Of a stretch of 64,000 bases of DNA, positions 1-9,827 are shown piece by piece (position 1 is the first letter of the stretch; each line of letters begins with the position of its first letter). Location of the stretch: the NCBI GenBank assembly GCA_036641735.1, contig JAVWEG010000001.1:4287-68286 (forward strand), in the 5' to 3' direction. Origin of the DNA: Oscillospiraceae bacterium. Its GTDB lineage: Bacteria; Bacillota; Clostridia; Oscillospirales; Ruminococcaceae. The notes beneath the pieces were generated by a model. The model did no database searches, was not told the DNA's origin, and saw only the letters and a program-made list of their open reading frames with translations. The translations under genes were made by a program, and so were the position numbers.

Positions 1-1
1 G

Positions 2-472
2 CAATATACTATGCCAATAGAAAAGGCAATTGCCGATGTAAAAAACGGCGAAAATCCTGTATTGTCACAAAGGCAGCGCCACACAAGATTATGCTATGTG
101 GTAGCAAAAGAGGGCGCAGATAAAGATAAAATAGAAGCCGAAATAAAGACAATGCCAAATTATTTTGCCGATTACGACACCACAGTGCATTTTATAAGCA
201 AAGAGGAATTTGCCGAAAAGCACAGCGGTATGGCGCACGGCGGATTTGCGCTGCGCAGCGGCTCTACAAGTGACGGAGCGAAGCATATTATAAGCTACGA
301 AGTAAAGCTTGGCTCTAATCCGTCATTTACTTCAAGCGTGCTTACGGCATACGCGCGCGCGTGTATACGTATGGCGGAAAGCGGCGCTACGGGAGCAGGC
401 AGCATTTTAGATGTGCCGCCCTGCCTTATAAGTGAGATGAGCGCAGAGGAGCAAAGGCAAAGGCTGCTTTAA
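2..472 (+). CDS. ddh: meso-diaminopimelate D-dehydrogenase, C-terminal part (5' end lies outside the window)
   Basis: The frame is open from the window edge. The tail (RLCYVVAKEGADKDKIEAEIKTMPNYF..GMAHGG..NPSFTSS) matches by eye the C-terminal half of Corynebacterium Ddh (KRQCFVVADAADHERIENDIRTMPDYF..GMPHGG..NPDFTASS). Confidence 0.85.
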   Translation, partial: QYTMPIEKAIADVKNGENPVLSQRQRHTRLCYVVAKEGADKDKIEAEIKTMPNYFADYDTTVHFISKEEFAEKHSGMAHGGFALRSGSTSDGAKHIISYEVKLGSNPSFTSSVLTAYARACIRMAESGATGAGSILDVPPCLISEMSAEEQRQRLL

Positions 473-482
473 AATAAACGAG

Positions 483-1049
483 GTGAAGAAATTGGAGCTA
501 TTTAAGCGCTGGAAATGGGCACTTATAGCGGCGGCATCAATACTGATAGCAGTAGGGCTGATAGCTATAATTGTGCCGAGTACAGTGATGCATATTTTAC
601 CGATTTTTCTTGGCATTACATTACTTATTGTCGGGATTTTTGAGATTGCATACAGCATTGGAATAAAAGAATATACGTCGATAGGGCCGTTTAAGCTGAT
701 ACAAGGCGGTGTGAGCATAGCGGTAGGATTGGTATTTATAATAAAGCAAAGCGTGTCGCTCGCGTTTCTCGGCATAGTATTAGGGCTTTGGGCATTGATA
801 TCAGCAGGGCTGAAATTTGCTCTGGCGTTGCGGCAGCACAAGGCTCAGTGTCCGTATATTGGCATTGTGGTAGATGCTGTTTTACGCGCGTGCGTGGGGC
901 TATTTATGATGTTCAATCCGTTTGGCAGCTTGGCTGCGTGGACATTGCTTGCAGGTATTTTGTTTGTATCGGCAGGATTAGGGCTTTTGGTGTGGACAAT
1001 ATACATAAGCCGTCATATAAGAGCGTTTAATTTTTTCGATATTAAATGA
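483..1049 (+). CDS. HdeD/DUF308-like small membrane protein
   Basis: 188 aa made almost entirely of about 6 hydrophobic helices with G/I/L-rich repeats typical of HdeD-family proteins. The GTG at 483 lies inside a GAGGTG Shine-Dalgarno-like motif, so TTG at 492 may be the real start. Confidence 0.5.
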   Translation: MKKLELFKRWKWALIAAASILIAVGLIAIIVPSTVMHILPIFLGITLLIVGIFEIAYSIGIKEYTSIGPFKLIQGGVSIAVGLVFIIKQSVSLAFLGIVLGLWALISAGLKFALALRQHKAQCPYIGIVVDAVLRACVGLFMMFNPFGSLAAWTLLAGILFVSAGLGLLVWTIYISRHIRAFNFFDIK

Positions 1050-1112
1050 TTTTTCTTTACAAACCTATATTTTTCTGTTATTATATAAACTAATATTTTA
1101 AAGAAAGCTGAG

Positions 1113-2384
1113 TTGATTTTTTTGGATACCCCTGGACCCGCTATATATTTGTCACTGATTTTACTGCTTGTTTTTTCTGCATTTTTTTCCGCAAGTGAGA
1201 CGGCGATTTCATCTGTAAATAAAATCCGCCTTAAAAAACGTGCGGAGGACGGTGACAAAAAGGCATTGCAGGCGCTGGATAATGCTACAGATTACGACAA
1301 AACCTTGTCGGCAATACTAATAGGCAACAACGTAGTTAATCTAACAGCATCATCTATTGCCACGGTAATAGCTACATCTATTTTGGGAGAGAGCGGAGCT
1401 GCTATATCCACCGTAATTATTACGGTGCTTGTATTGATATTTGGTGAAATATTGCCAAAAAGCTTTGCCAAAGACAATGCTGAAAAGGTGGCAGTAGCTA
1501 CATCACGTCCATTATCGCTGATAAAGCTTGTGCTTACACCATTAGTATGGGTTTTCGTAGTGATAAAGCGCGTTTTCACAGGACGTAAAGGCACAGAGCT
1601 AAATGTGCAGCCGTCCGTTACAGAGGACGAGCTGAAAACTATTATCGATACAGTAGAGGAAGAGGGCGTCCTCGACAGCCAAGAGACGGAGATAATTCAG
1701 TCTGCTATAGATTTTAACAATATCACGGTGCAGGAGATATTAGTGCCGCGCGTAGATATGTGCGCGGTAGAAGCTCACGCAGATTTGGCAGAGGTAATAA
1801 ATGCGTGCGTAGATAACGGGTTTTCACGCGTGCCTGTATATGAGGGCAGCGTAGATAATATTATAGGGGTAATGTATGCAAAGGACGTGCTTGCGTGCCT
1901 TGCCAAAGGCGAAAAAAGAGAGCCTAAAGAGCTAATGCGCGAAGTATTGTTTGTATATCGCACACGTCGCATAAATGGCTTACTCGCTGAATTTAGGCGC
2001 AAAAAGCAACATATGGCAATAGTTACCGACGATTACGGCGGCACACTCGGAGTAGTGACTATGGAGGACGTGCTGGAGGAATTAGTAGGCGAGATATGGG
2101 ACGAAACGGATACGAGAGAAGCAATAGTAACAAGCCTCAAAGATGATAGGTATTCCGTACTTGGAGAAGCCGATATCGACGAAGTGTTTGATGAGATAAA
2201 TTTTGAAGATAAAAACTTTGATTGCCCTTGCACGAGCGTAGCAGGCTGGGTATTGGATACGCTAGAGCATATCCCGTGCGTAGGCGAGACATTTGACTAC
2301 AAGGGGCTTACCATAGAAGTGGAAGAAATGGACGACCAAAGAATTGAAAAAGTAATTATCACTAAAAAACCGGAATTAGTATAA
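1113..2384 (+). CDS. CNNM/HlyC-CorC family transporter (DUF21 - CBS pair - CorC_HlyC)
   Basis: N-terminal membrane domain with the FFSASETA motif, a central CBS-pair region (ILVPRVDM..., GFSRVPVY, HMAIVTDDYGGTLGVVTMEDVLEELVGEI) and a C-terminal transporter-associated domain. Confidence 0.85.
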   Translation: MIFLDTPGPAIYLSLILLLVFSAFFSASETAISSVNKIRLKKRAEDGDKKALQALDNATDYDKTLSAILIGNNVVNLTASSIATVIATSILGESGAAISTVIITVLVLIFGEILPKSFAKDNAEKVAVATSRPLSLIKLVLTPLVWVFVVIKRVFTGRKGTELNVQPSVTEDELKTIIDTVEEEGVLDSQETEIIQSAIDFNNITVQEILVPRVDMCAVEAHADLAEVINACVDNGFSRVPVYEGSVDNIIGVMYAKDVLACLAKGEKREPKELMREVLFVYRTRRINGLLAEFRRKKQHMAIVTDDYGGTLGVVTMEDVLEELVGEIWDETDTREAIVTSLKDDRYSVLGEADIDEVFDEINFEDKNFDCPCTSVAGWVLDTLEHIPCVGETFDYKGLTIEVEEMDDQRIEKVIITKKPELV

Positions 2385-2387
2385 AAC

Positions 2388-2432
2388 AAAAGCTTTTTGC
2401 AAAATGAATTTCATTTTGCAAAAAGCTTTTTT
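2388..2432. terminator. Bidirectional intrinsic terminator between convergent genes
   Basis: Perfect 20-bp palindrome arms AAAAGCTTTTTGCAAAATGA / TCATTTTGCAAAAAGCTTTT with a 3-nt loop. A/T runs flank both sides. Confidence 0.7.
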
Positions 2433-2435
2433 AAT

Positions 2436-3899
2436 TTACAGCTCGTTTTCTATAGCGGCAATAAGTATTTTAAGTGCTTTTACCCGTGCATAGTGCTTGT
2501 CCACAGATTCTATTATATGCCAGGGCGCGTTTACAGTACTGGTTTTTGTTAGCATTTCATTAACGGCTGTTTCATATTCAGCCCATTTTTCGCGGTTTCG
2601 CCAATCTTCATCGGTGATTTTCCACTGCTTTTCGGGAATGTTTTGCCGCTCGGTAAAACGCTCCAATTGTGTGGCATTGTCTATATGTACCCAAAACTTT
2701 ACTACTATAGCGCCCCAATCGGTAAGCTCTTTTTCAAATTCATTTATTTCGCCATAAGCATTTTGCCAGTCGCTTTCACTGCAAAATCCTTCTATTCGCT
2801 CTACCATTACGCGCCCATACCACGAGCGGTCAAATATTGCAATATGTCCTGTTTTTGGCAAACGATTCCAAAAGCGCCATAGATAATGACGTGATTTTTC
2901 GTGCGGCTCGGGAGCTGCTATCGGCAGCACTTCATAGCCGCGTGCATCAAGCGCGCTTGTTACTCGCTTTATATTGCCGCCCTTGCCTGCGGCATCAAAT
3001 CCCTCGTACACTATTACTACAGGCTTTTTTAGCCGATATAAACGATTGTGCAGTGCGTGCAGCTTTTTCTGCGCAGCTTTAAGCTCTTTTTTATAATCCG
3101 TATCGGAAATAGTTTTGCTTAAATCTATATCGCATAAGCGAGGCATATCACAAAGCGGAAAAACGCTTGGTTTAAGACCTGAATGTGGCTTTGCATTAAG
3201 CGCTTCATCTATGCGGCGCGTTAAAAGCTCCATAGCCTTGCACTGTGCAGATGTGCGTTTGGTCGCATCTATAATATTCCACGGCGCGTATTTGGTGCTG
3301 GTAGCCTCTAAATATTCGGCAAATATCTCATAACATTTTGCAAAATGTGAATTTTGCCATTTGTCATTGTCGCCTACGCGCCAAGAGGTGTCTTTATCGC
3401 TCAAAAGTGTTTGTATACGCTGTGATTGCTCCGATTTATTAATGTCGAGAAATATTTTAATTAAAAGATATCCGCCGTCTACTAATTGTCTTTCAAAAAT
3501 GCGGATACTTTCTAATCGCTCGCGATATTCTTCATCGGAAAATTCGCCTCTTGCGCGCGACTTTACACATTCGTCCATCCAGCCTGAATCGAGAAACAAA
3601 AACTTACCGCCCTCGGGAATATTGCAAAAATGACGATGTAAAAACGGTTTGCGCTTGTCCTCTTCACTCGGAGCAGATACAGAGGATACTTTGTAAAATC
3701 GGCTGTCTATTTCTCCGATTAAGCGGCTTATCAGCTCGCCCTTGCCGGCAGCACCCCAGCCTTCTATCAGCACTATTACAGGCAAATTTTTATCTTTTAT
3801 AAGCTGTTGCTGCGTGTATAATCGCTCGTTGCACGCCAAAATACGCGCCTTGAGCATTGCCTTGCTCTCGCTTTCGGATATTTCATCGCTTGTTTTCAT
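2436..3899 (-). CDS. Tandem-domain PPK2 family protein (polyphosphate:AMP/nucleotide phosphotransferase type)
   Basis: 487 aa with two PPK2 repeats, each carrying a Walker-A-like G(W/F)(G/D)AAGKG motif (EGWGAAGKG and EGFDAAGKGG) and PPK2-typical W..RxP and DRSWY-type motifs. Confidence 0.8.
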   Translation of the reverse strand: MKTSDEISESESKAMLKARILACNERLYTQQQLIKDKNLPVIVLIEGWGAAGKGELISRLIGEIDSRFYKVSSVSAPSEEDKRKPFLHRHFCNIPEGGKFLFLDSGWMDECVKSRARGEFSDEEYRERLESIRIFERQLVDGGYLLIKIFLDINKSEQSQRIQTLLSDKDTSWRVGDNDKWQNSHFAKCYEIFAEYLEATSTKYAPWNIIDATKRTSAQCKAMELLTRRIDEALNAKPHSGLKPSVFPLCDMPRLCDIDLSKTISDTDYKKELKAAQKKLHALHNRLYRLKKPVVIVYEGFDAAGKGGNIKRVTSALDARGYEVLPIAAPEPHEKSRHYLWRFWNRLPKTGHIAIFDRSWYGRVMVERIEGFCSESDWQNAYGEINEFEKELTDWGAIVVKFWVHIDNATQLERFTERQNIPEKQWKITDEDWRNREKWAEYETAVNEMLTKTSTVNAPWHIIESVDKHYARVKALKILIAAIENEL

Positions 3900-3932
3900 T
3901 GTGTTCAGCCTCCTTTTGTTTATTAATAAAAT

Positions 3933-3959
3933 AAGCGCCCCTTATTTTAAGAGGCGCTT
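3933..3959 (-). terminator. Intrinsic terminator after the diguanylate cyclase gene
   Basis: AAGCGCC / GGCGCTT stem, followed on the minus strand by ATTTTATT. Confidence 0.5.
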
Positions 3960-3968
3960 TAAAATACG

Positions 3969-5975
3969 CTAGTTTTCAGCGCCTGCTTCACGATAGAACG
4001 AAAATCCGTCTTTTCCTGCATTTTTGCGCACATATAAAGCATTGTCGGCACTTGCATAAAGCTGATTAAATCCTGTGCCGTCCTGCGGACACAGCGCAAT
4101 ACCCATAGAGGCAGAGATGTATTCTCCGTTTGCTTCGTCAAGCGGAATAGCGCGCAGTGCGCACAAAAGCCGAGTGGTTTTTGTGGCTACGGCTTCACGG
4201 CTGGGCATAGCGCTTAATAGTATCATAAATTCATCGCCGCCTATTCTGCCCACTACGTCATCATTGCGCAGCTGGCTCATAAGGGCGCTTGCCACGTCCA
4301 TAAGCACGGAATCGCCCTTTTGGTGACCATAACCGTCATTTACGTGCTTAAAGTCGTCAATGTCCATAACAATAAGAGCATAAAATAAATCTTGCTCACG
4401 CTCTGATAATTTTTGTGTAATCATAGATTGTGTGGTGCTTTTATTGTAAATACTGGTAAGAGGATCGCGCTCTGCCTTAAAAGTAAGATTAGCGGTCATC
4501 TTTTTTTCTTCATCAATATCGGTAAGCTTACCAATAACACGCAATGGCTTAAAGGTGGCTGTGTCGGTAATTGTGGTGAGCAATAAGCTAAACCAATGAT
4601 ATTCATCACGATAGGTGCGCATCCTAAGCTCCATAGCGCCTGTACGTCTGCCGTGGCGCATAGCCGCAAGCAATCGCATAAATTGCGCACAGTCCTCGCT
4701 ATGCAAAACTTGAAGCTCTATTAAGCTCTCGGGGAAATTATGTGTAAAAGCGGGATAATTGGCAAATTCACAAGCATTTGCAGAGCAAGAAAATCCGTCA
4801 GTCTCTACATTGTATTCAAAAATTATACTGTTGCTTTGCTCGTTTGCTATGCGATAGCGCTCCTCTTTAATAGTAAGCTCACGGTTATCCTGCTCTATTT
4901 TCGTCATTAAATTATTAAATGCAGAGCCTATATCGCTAAATTCGTTAGCGCCAAGATAGGGGATACGGCTTTTATAATCTCCTGCATTCATCTGCTGCAA
5001 ATAATCGAGCAAATGATTTAACGGGCTTATTAAACGAAATTTTACAAGCTGACGAAGTGTCATAATAATGACGGCAAAAATGGCAATTACTATTAGGCTG
5101 TAAATGCTTGTTTGCAGTATCGTAGAAGAAAATTCGTTTTGTGAAGCTGTATAAAGCACAGTCCAGCCGGTATCGTGCATTCTGGAATAATACGCTATGC
5201 GCTTATCCATACCGTCTTTATATTTAAAAGAGCCTATTGGTTCGATATGTATATTCAATTGCTGATTAAGCAGTATTTGCAAAGGATCGCCGTCTTTTAT
5301 TTCATTGCTGCTACCTACTAAATTGTTGCCGATATCCAGCACTTCTACAATACCACTCGCAAATAAATTGCTGTTTCCGAGCAGCGCATTAATAGCATCT
5401 GCTTTTATACTCATCATTATAAAGCCAATGTATTTATTGTTAGAGGTGAGCGGCTGAGCAATAATAAAGCTGCGCGCATTATTGGCATATTCATCGTTAA
5501 ATAGGCGCGTTACTATATATTCTCCGCGCGATAAACGGCTAAGATATTTTTCGTCTATAGAGGATTTTTGACCTTCTATTATTTCATTGCTGGAAACTAA
5601 TACTTTATTATCCTCGGTTATTACAGATATGCGATTAACATTAGGGTTGTGCTTTACCCAAGCGGATAATGAGGTGTGTGCAGAAGAAATTGTATCCATA
5701 GTATCGTCATCGGGTACAGCTAAAGCGCCGTTTTGCGCGCCGGAAAGCATAAGGTGAGGATTTGTAAGCTCACACAGCATACCGATGTCGCCGTGCATAT
5801 CAGCGAAAAAGCTTTCCACATTTGCAATATCCAATTTTGCCGCAGTGCTTATTTTGTCTTTTACAAGCTGAGTTTTTGTAATGATATTAATGACTATAAA
5901 AGCAGCCGTAATTACAAGAGCAGGTATCAAAGAGAACAATACTAAAGTGCGAGATAAATGCTTTTTCTTTTTCAT
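3969..5975 (-). CDS. Membrane sensor diguanylate cyclase (extracellular Cache-like domain - TM - HAMP - PAS - GGDEF)
   Basis: N-terminal TM helix, an extracytoplasmic segment of about 250 aa, a second TM helix and a HAMP-like linker. The C-terminal GGDEF domain has an intact RIGGDEF and an RNDD I-site with the canonical spacing of five residues between the I-site and the GG of GGDEF. Confidence 0.85.
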   Translation of the reverse strand: MKKKKHLSRTLVLFSLIPALVITAAFIVINIITKTQLVKDKISTAAKLDIANVESFFADMHGDIGMLCELTNPHLMLSGAQNGALAVPDDDTMDTISSAHTSLSAWVKHNPNVNRISVITEDNKVLVSSNEIIEGQKSSIDEKYLSRLSRGEYIVTRLFNDEYANNARSFIIAQPLTSNNKYIGFIMMSIKADAINALLGNSNLFASGIVEVLDIGNNLVGSSNEIKDGDPLQILLNQQLNIHIEPIGSFKYKDGMDKRIAYYSRMHDTGWTVLYTASQNEFSSTILQTSIYSLIVIAIFAVIIMTLRQLVKFRLISPLNHLLDYLQQMNAGDYKSRIPYLGANEFSDIGSAFNNLMTKIEQDNRELTIKEERYRIANEQSNSIIFEYNVETDGFSCSANACEFANYPAFTHNFPESLIELQVLHSEDCAQFMRLLAAMRHGRRTGAMELRMRTYRDEYHWFSLLLTTITDTATFKPLRVIGKLTDIDEEKKMTANLTFKAERDPLTSIYNKSTTQSMITQKLSEREQDLFYALIVMDIDDFKHVNDGYGHQKGDSVLMDVASALMSQLRNDDVVGRIGGDEFMILLSAMPSREAVATKTTRLLCALRAIPLDEANGEYISASMGIALCPQDGTGFNQLYASADNALYVRKNAGKDGFSFYREAGAEN

Positions 5976-6268
5976 AGCTGCTCCTTTCGTAAAGATATTA
6001 CGTTTGCATTAGAAAAACACAATAAGCTTAGACACAATCATAACGAATGTATCCAAACGTACATCTTTTTTACATTTGAAGTAAAAGAAGCAAATTGTGC
6101 TATTACAGGATTAAACCAATTATACAGCTATTATATCATATTTATACGATATGCAATAGTTTTCTTTATCGTCAAAACCACCAAACAATAGTGAAAAAAT
6201 TGTACGCTGTTAATGAAATTTCTGTAGATTTACAAACCGCAATGTAACATTAAGATGTTTTATGTATT

Positions 6269-6342
6269 ATAAAAGGAAAACGGCTTGCAAATACAAAGGC
6301 ACAATGCAGGTAAAATAATGTGCCGCATATTGACAAGCCGTT
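6269..6342 (-). terminator. Intrinsic terminator downstream of kdgK
   Basis: Nested hairpin with outer stem AACGGCTTG/CAAGCCGTT and inner stem GGCACA/TGTGCC, followed on the minus strand by TTTTCCTTTT. Confidence 0.55.
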
Positions 6343-6354
6343 AACATTGCTTAT

Positions 6355-7380
6355 TTATCTTTGCACTCTGCCTGTGCCGCTGCCGCCTGCAAGCTTTTCC
6401 ACTTCGTCGGCGCTCACCATATTGTAATCGCCCTCAATTGTGTGCTTTAAGCAAGAAGCCGCCACAGCAAATTCAAGCGCATCTTGCGGAGCTTTGCCGC
6501 TCAAAATGCTGTATATCAGCCCACCGCCAAAGCTGTCGCCGCCGCCGACTCTGTCTACTATATGCATATGATAGCTCTTAGAGAAATAGTACTCCTTGCC
6601 GTCATACAGCATAGCTGCCCAGTCGTTATCATTAGCAGATATAGAGCTGCGCAAGGTGATAGCAACGCGCGTGAAATGAAAAGTATCCGCAAGCTGCTTT
6701 GCCACACTTTTATAGCCCTCGTGGTTCAGCTTACCGCCGGAAATATCGGTGTTTTCGGCTTCTATTCCGAACACATCCTTTGCATCCTCTTCATTGGCGA
6801 TACATAGGTCTACATATTGGCATAAATCTGTCATTGCGATACGTGCCTCGGCGCGTGTCCACAGCTTACCGCGATAATTGAGGTCGCAGCTTATCTGTAC
6901 ATTGTGCTTCTTGGCGGCAATGCACGCTTCGCGGCATATTTCTACCACGTTTTTGCCGAGGGCAGGGGTGATGCCTGTAAAATGGAACCATTCAGCGCCA
7001 TCAAATATTTCGTCCCAGTTAAAGTCTGCACTGCTTGCTGTGGCAATAGAAGAATGAGCGCGGTCATATATGCACTTAGAGCCACGCTGTGATGCGCCCT
7101 TTTCAAGATAATAAATACCCACGCGCTCGCCGCCGCGCGAGATATAAGAGGTGTTTACACCAAAACGGCGCAGGCTGTTTACGGCACTTTGCCCAATATC
7201 GTTGTCGGGCAGCTTTGTTACATAATAGGTATCAAGCCCGTAATTAGCGAGCGATACGGCAACATTTGCTTCACCACCGCCATATGTGGCGCCAAATTTA
7301 TCACATTGTGTAAAGCGATAATAGCCCTCAGGGGCAAGGCGCAGCATTATTTCTCCAAAGGTTACTACTTTTTTAGACAT
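6355..7380 (-). CDS. kdgK: 2-dehydro-3-deoxygluconokinase (PfkB family sugar kinase)
   Basis: N-terminus VVTFGEIMLRLAPEG..GGGEANVAVSLANYG and C-terminal DRVGGGDSFGGGL PfkB signature. Sits directly downstream of eda. Confidence 0.85.
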   Translation of the reverse strand: MSKKVVTFGEIMLRLAPEGYYRFTQCDKFGATYGGGEANVAVSLANYGLDTYYVTKLPDNDIGQSAVNSLRRFGVNTSYISRGGERVGIYYLEKGASQRGSKCIYDRAHSSIATASSADFNWDEIFDGAEWFHFTGITPALGKNVVEICREACIAAKKHNVQISCDLNYRGKLWTRAEARIAMTDLCQYVDLCIANEEDAKDVFGIEAENTDISGGKLNHEGYKSVAKQLADTFHFTRVAITLRSSISANDNDWAAMLYDGKEYYFSKSYHMHIVDRVGGGDSFGGGLIYSILSGKAPQDALEFAVAASCLKHTIEGDYNMVSADEVEKLAGGSGTGRVQR

Positions 7381-7430
7381 TATTTATCTCCTTAATATTA
7401 TCAAAATATAAAGCACTTAAAAAGTGCAGA

Positions 7431-8393
7431 TTATTTCTGTAACAGATGTATTCCAAATCCAAGCACTTCGTTTTTAAAGTAAATGCCTACCATTTTGCCG
7501 TCCTTTTCCATAGCATTTGCTTCATCAAATTCAAATCCGCGCGCTTTTAAATGTGCAATGGCACGGGGGAGAGTGTTTGTCAATATTGCTATATGGCCGT
7601 GAGTACCGCGCCCTTTATTTTTCATCAGCTCAAAGCTGCGCTGCCCTGCAAATATAGAGGAATTGCCCTCTTTATAATCAAAGCCAAACGCAAGAGCCAA
7701 AAATTTAGCTGCGTTAAGCGCTTCTTCACTGCTTTCGCTGTTTATGCCGATATGCCCAAAAGTGAAGCCGAGCATTGTGTTTACAGCTTCTTTAGTAAGA
7801 CGTGTAATTTCGTCAAAATTGCCGCTGTTTATAAGGTCTGCTTTTACCATCCAAGTGCCGCCGCAAGCAATTATACGGTTAAACGATAAATAATCGTACA
7901 AATTAGCCGCCGTCACTCCGCCTGTAGGCATAAAGCGCAGCTTAGAATATGGTGCAGCTACAGCCTTTAGCTTCGCAATACCGCCGTTTTGCTCCGCAGG
8001 GAAAAATTTCACTACTTCAAGGCCCATAGCCATTGCTTGCTCCATTTCGCCCGGAGTAGCCGTGCCGGGAGCAAATGCAATGCCTTTATCTAGCGCGTAT
8101 TTGGTGATTTCGGGATTAAATCCGGGGCTTACCATAAACTTTGCACCGGCAGCAGCAGCTCTGTCTACTTGCTCTTTTGTAAGCACAGTACCTGCACCTA
8201 CCAGCATTTCAGGCACTTGTGCGGATATGCGGCGAATAGCCTCCTCGGCTGCATCGGTGCGGAAAGTAACCTCTGCTACAGGCAAGCCGCCTGCTACAAG
8301 TGCCCTTGCCAAAGGCACAGCTTTGTCGACATCATTTATCGCTATTACAGGTACAATGCCTATAGCCTCAATTTTCTTCAATACATCAAGCAT
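7431..8393 (-). CDS. eda: KDPG/KHG aldolase (Eda) fused to a C-terminal VOC/glyoxalase-like domain of about 110 aa
   Basis: N-terminal ~210 aa are typical Eda (GIVPVIAI, AEVTFRT, GAGTVL, KFFPA, MPTGG). The extra C-terminal segment (FGHIGINS...GHIAILT...) resembles a paired beta-alpha-beta-beta-beta VOC fold. The ORF-track TTG at 8411 is part of the GAAGGAG Shine-Dalgarno site, so I call ATG 8393. Confidence 0.8.
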   Translation of the reverse strand: MLDVLKKIEAIGIVPVIAINDVDKAVPLARALVAGGLPVAEVTFRTDAAEEAIRRISAQVPEMLVGAGTVLTKEQVDRAAAAGAKFMVSPGFNPEITKYALDKGIAFAPGTATPGEMEQAMAMGLEVVKFFPAEQNGGIAKLKAVAAPYSKLRFMPTGGVTAANLYDYLSFNRIIACGGTWMVKADLINSGNFDEITRLTKEAVNTMLGFTFGHIGINSESSEEALNAAKFLALAFGFDYKEGNSSIFAGQRSFELMKNKGRGTHGHIAILTNTLPRAIAHLKARGFEFDEANAMEKDGKMVGIYFKNEVLGFGIHLLQK

Positions 8394-8759
8394 TATTTTA
8401 ATCTCCTTCAATCAATTCCGTATTATGGAACGCTGTTCCGATTATCGTATTTACATTATAATATCAGCAAAGCAAAAGGTCAATAGTGAAATAGCGGAAT
8501 TTTAACGATGTTTTTTGGTATATCGGCGAATACAAGCAAATAACAAAAGCTAACGAGTGTTTTAGAGTTGGATGAGTATCAAGCGTTTGTTTTTTTGAAA
8601 TGGTCAAAACCATTCCAAAAAATGCTTGCGTAAGATTATATTTATGAAACGAACGTATAAAAATCATTTCACCCCTTTTAAATAAAGCATATATATGTTA
8701 TGATAAAGTGTAATTTTATAGCATATTATTAGCAATGAATATAAAATAAGGGTGATTGT

Positions 8760-9827
8760 ATGGATAAGATAAAAGTAGCTGTATTATTTGGCGGCGCATC
8801 CAGTGAACACGAGGTATCGGAGATGTCGGCGGCAAGTGTATTGCAAAATATAAATCGTGATAAATACGACGTATATCCTATTGGCATTACAAAGGACGGC
8901 AAATGGTATTATTATAAGGGCGATATAAATAATATTAAGGGCTGTGAATGGGAAAAACATAAAGACAATTTGCCTGCTTGCTTTACTCCGGGTTCAGGAG
9001 AAAAAGGGCTTATTACGTCTAAAGGCAGTATAAATGTAGACGTAGTTTTCCCTGTGCTGCACGGCAAATATGGTGAAGATGGCACTGTGCAAGGGCTTTT
9101 GGAAATGGTGGGCGTGCCGTATGTGGGCTGCAAGGTGCTGAGCAGCGCTGTGTGTATGGACAAAATAGTGGCAAACAATATAATGGATGCACATCGTATA
9201 GGGCGCTGCGAATGGGATTATATGACAGCGAGTGAGATAAAGGATTTTGATGCGATAGAAGTGCGCTTGGCAGAAAAGCTGCATTACCCAATATTTGTAA
9301 AGCCAGCGAACGCAGGCTCCAGCGTTGGCATAACTAAGGCAGAGGATAAGCACGAGCTTTTAGCGGCAGTAAGGCTTGCTTTACAGCACGATAAGCGAGT
9401 GGTATTTGAGCGCTTTGTAGACGGACACGAGATAGAATGTGCCGTAATGGGCGCAGATAAGCCTTTTGCCACTATGCCTGGCGAAATAATAGCAAGCAAA
9501 GAATTTTACGATTATGAGGATAAATATTTAGCAGGCACGTCGCACGTAGAAATACCTGCAAAGTTACCTGTAAATACTCTTGATAAAATACACCGCACGG
9601 CAATAGAGAGCTATAAAGCCTTGTGCTGTGAAGGGCTTGCGAGAGTAGATTTTTTCGTAGAGCGCAAAACAGGGCGAGTACTCTTAAATGAGATAAATAC
9701 AATGCCGGGCTTTACTGCTATCAGTATGTATCCGAAATTGATGATGGCAAGTGGGCTTACTTATAGTGATATTATAGATAAGCTGATTACGCAGGCGCTC
9801 GCAAAGCAGGAGGGGTACAATGGATAA
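8760..9827 (+). CDS. ddl: D-alanine--D-alanine ligase
   Basis: KVAVLFGGASSEHEVS start, an ATP-grasp core and the LNEINTMPGFT C-terminal motif. Confidence 0.95.
   Translation: MDKIKVAVLFGGASSEHEVSEMSAASVLQNINRDKYDVYPIGITKDGKWYYYKGDINNIKGCEWEKHKDNLPACFTPGSGEKGLITSKGSINVDVVFPVLHGKYGEDGTVQGLLEMVGVPYVGCKVLSSAVCMDKIVANNIMDAHRIGRCEWDYMTASEIKDFDAIEVRLAEKLHYPIFVKPANAGSSVGITKAEDKHELLAAVRLALQHDKRVVFERFVDGHEIECAVMGADKPFATMPGEIIASKEFYDYEDKYLAGTSHVEIPAKLPVNTLDKIHRTAIESYKALCCEGLARVDFFVERKTGRVLLNEINTMPGFTAISMYPKLMMASGLTYSDIIDKLITQALAKQEGYNG

Noticed and set aside
5958-6191. 77-aa plus-strand ORF in the AT-rich gap between the cyclase gene and kdgK.
   Set aside because: It starts inside the cyclase gene on the opposite strand, has no Shine-Dalgarno site and has Phe/Ile/Tyr-rich composition typical of AT-rich intergenic DNA.
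8464-8667. 67-aa minus-strand ORF in the eda-ddl intergenic region, with an AAAGGGGTGAA motif before its ATG.
   Set aside because: The Shine-Dalgarno-like motif is tempting. However, the product (MIFIRSFHKYNLTQAFF...) has AT-rich-noise composition with no TM helix or motif, and the region more plausibly holds the divergent eda and ddl promoters. I leave it uncalled. Ribosome profiling or conservation could revive it.
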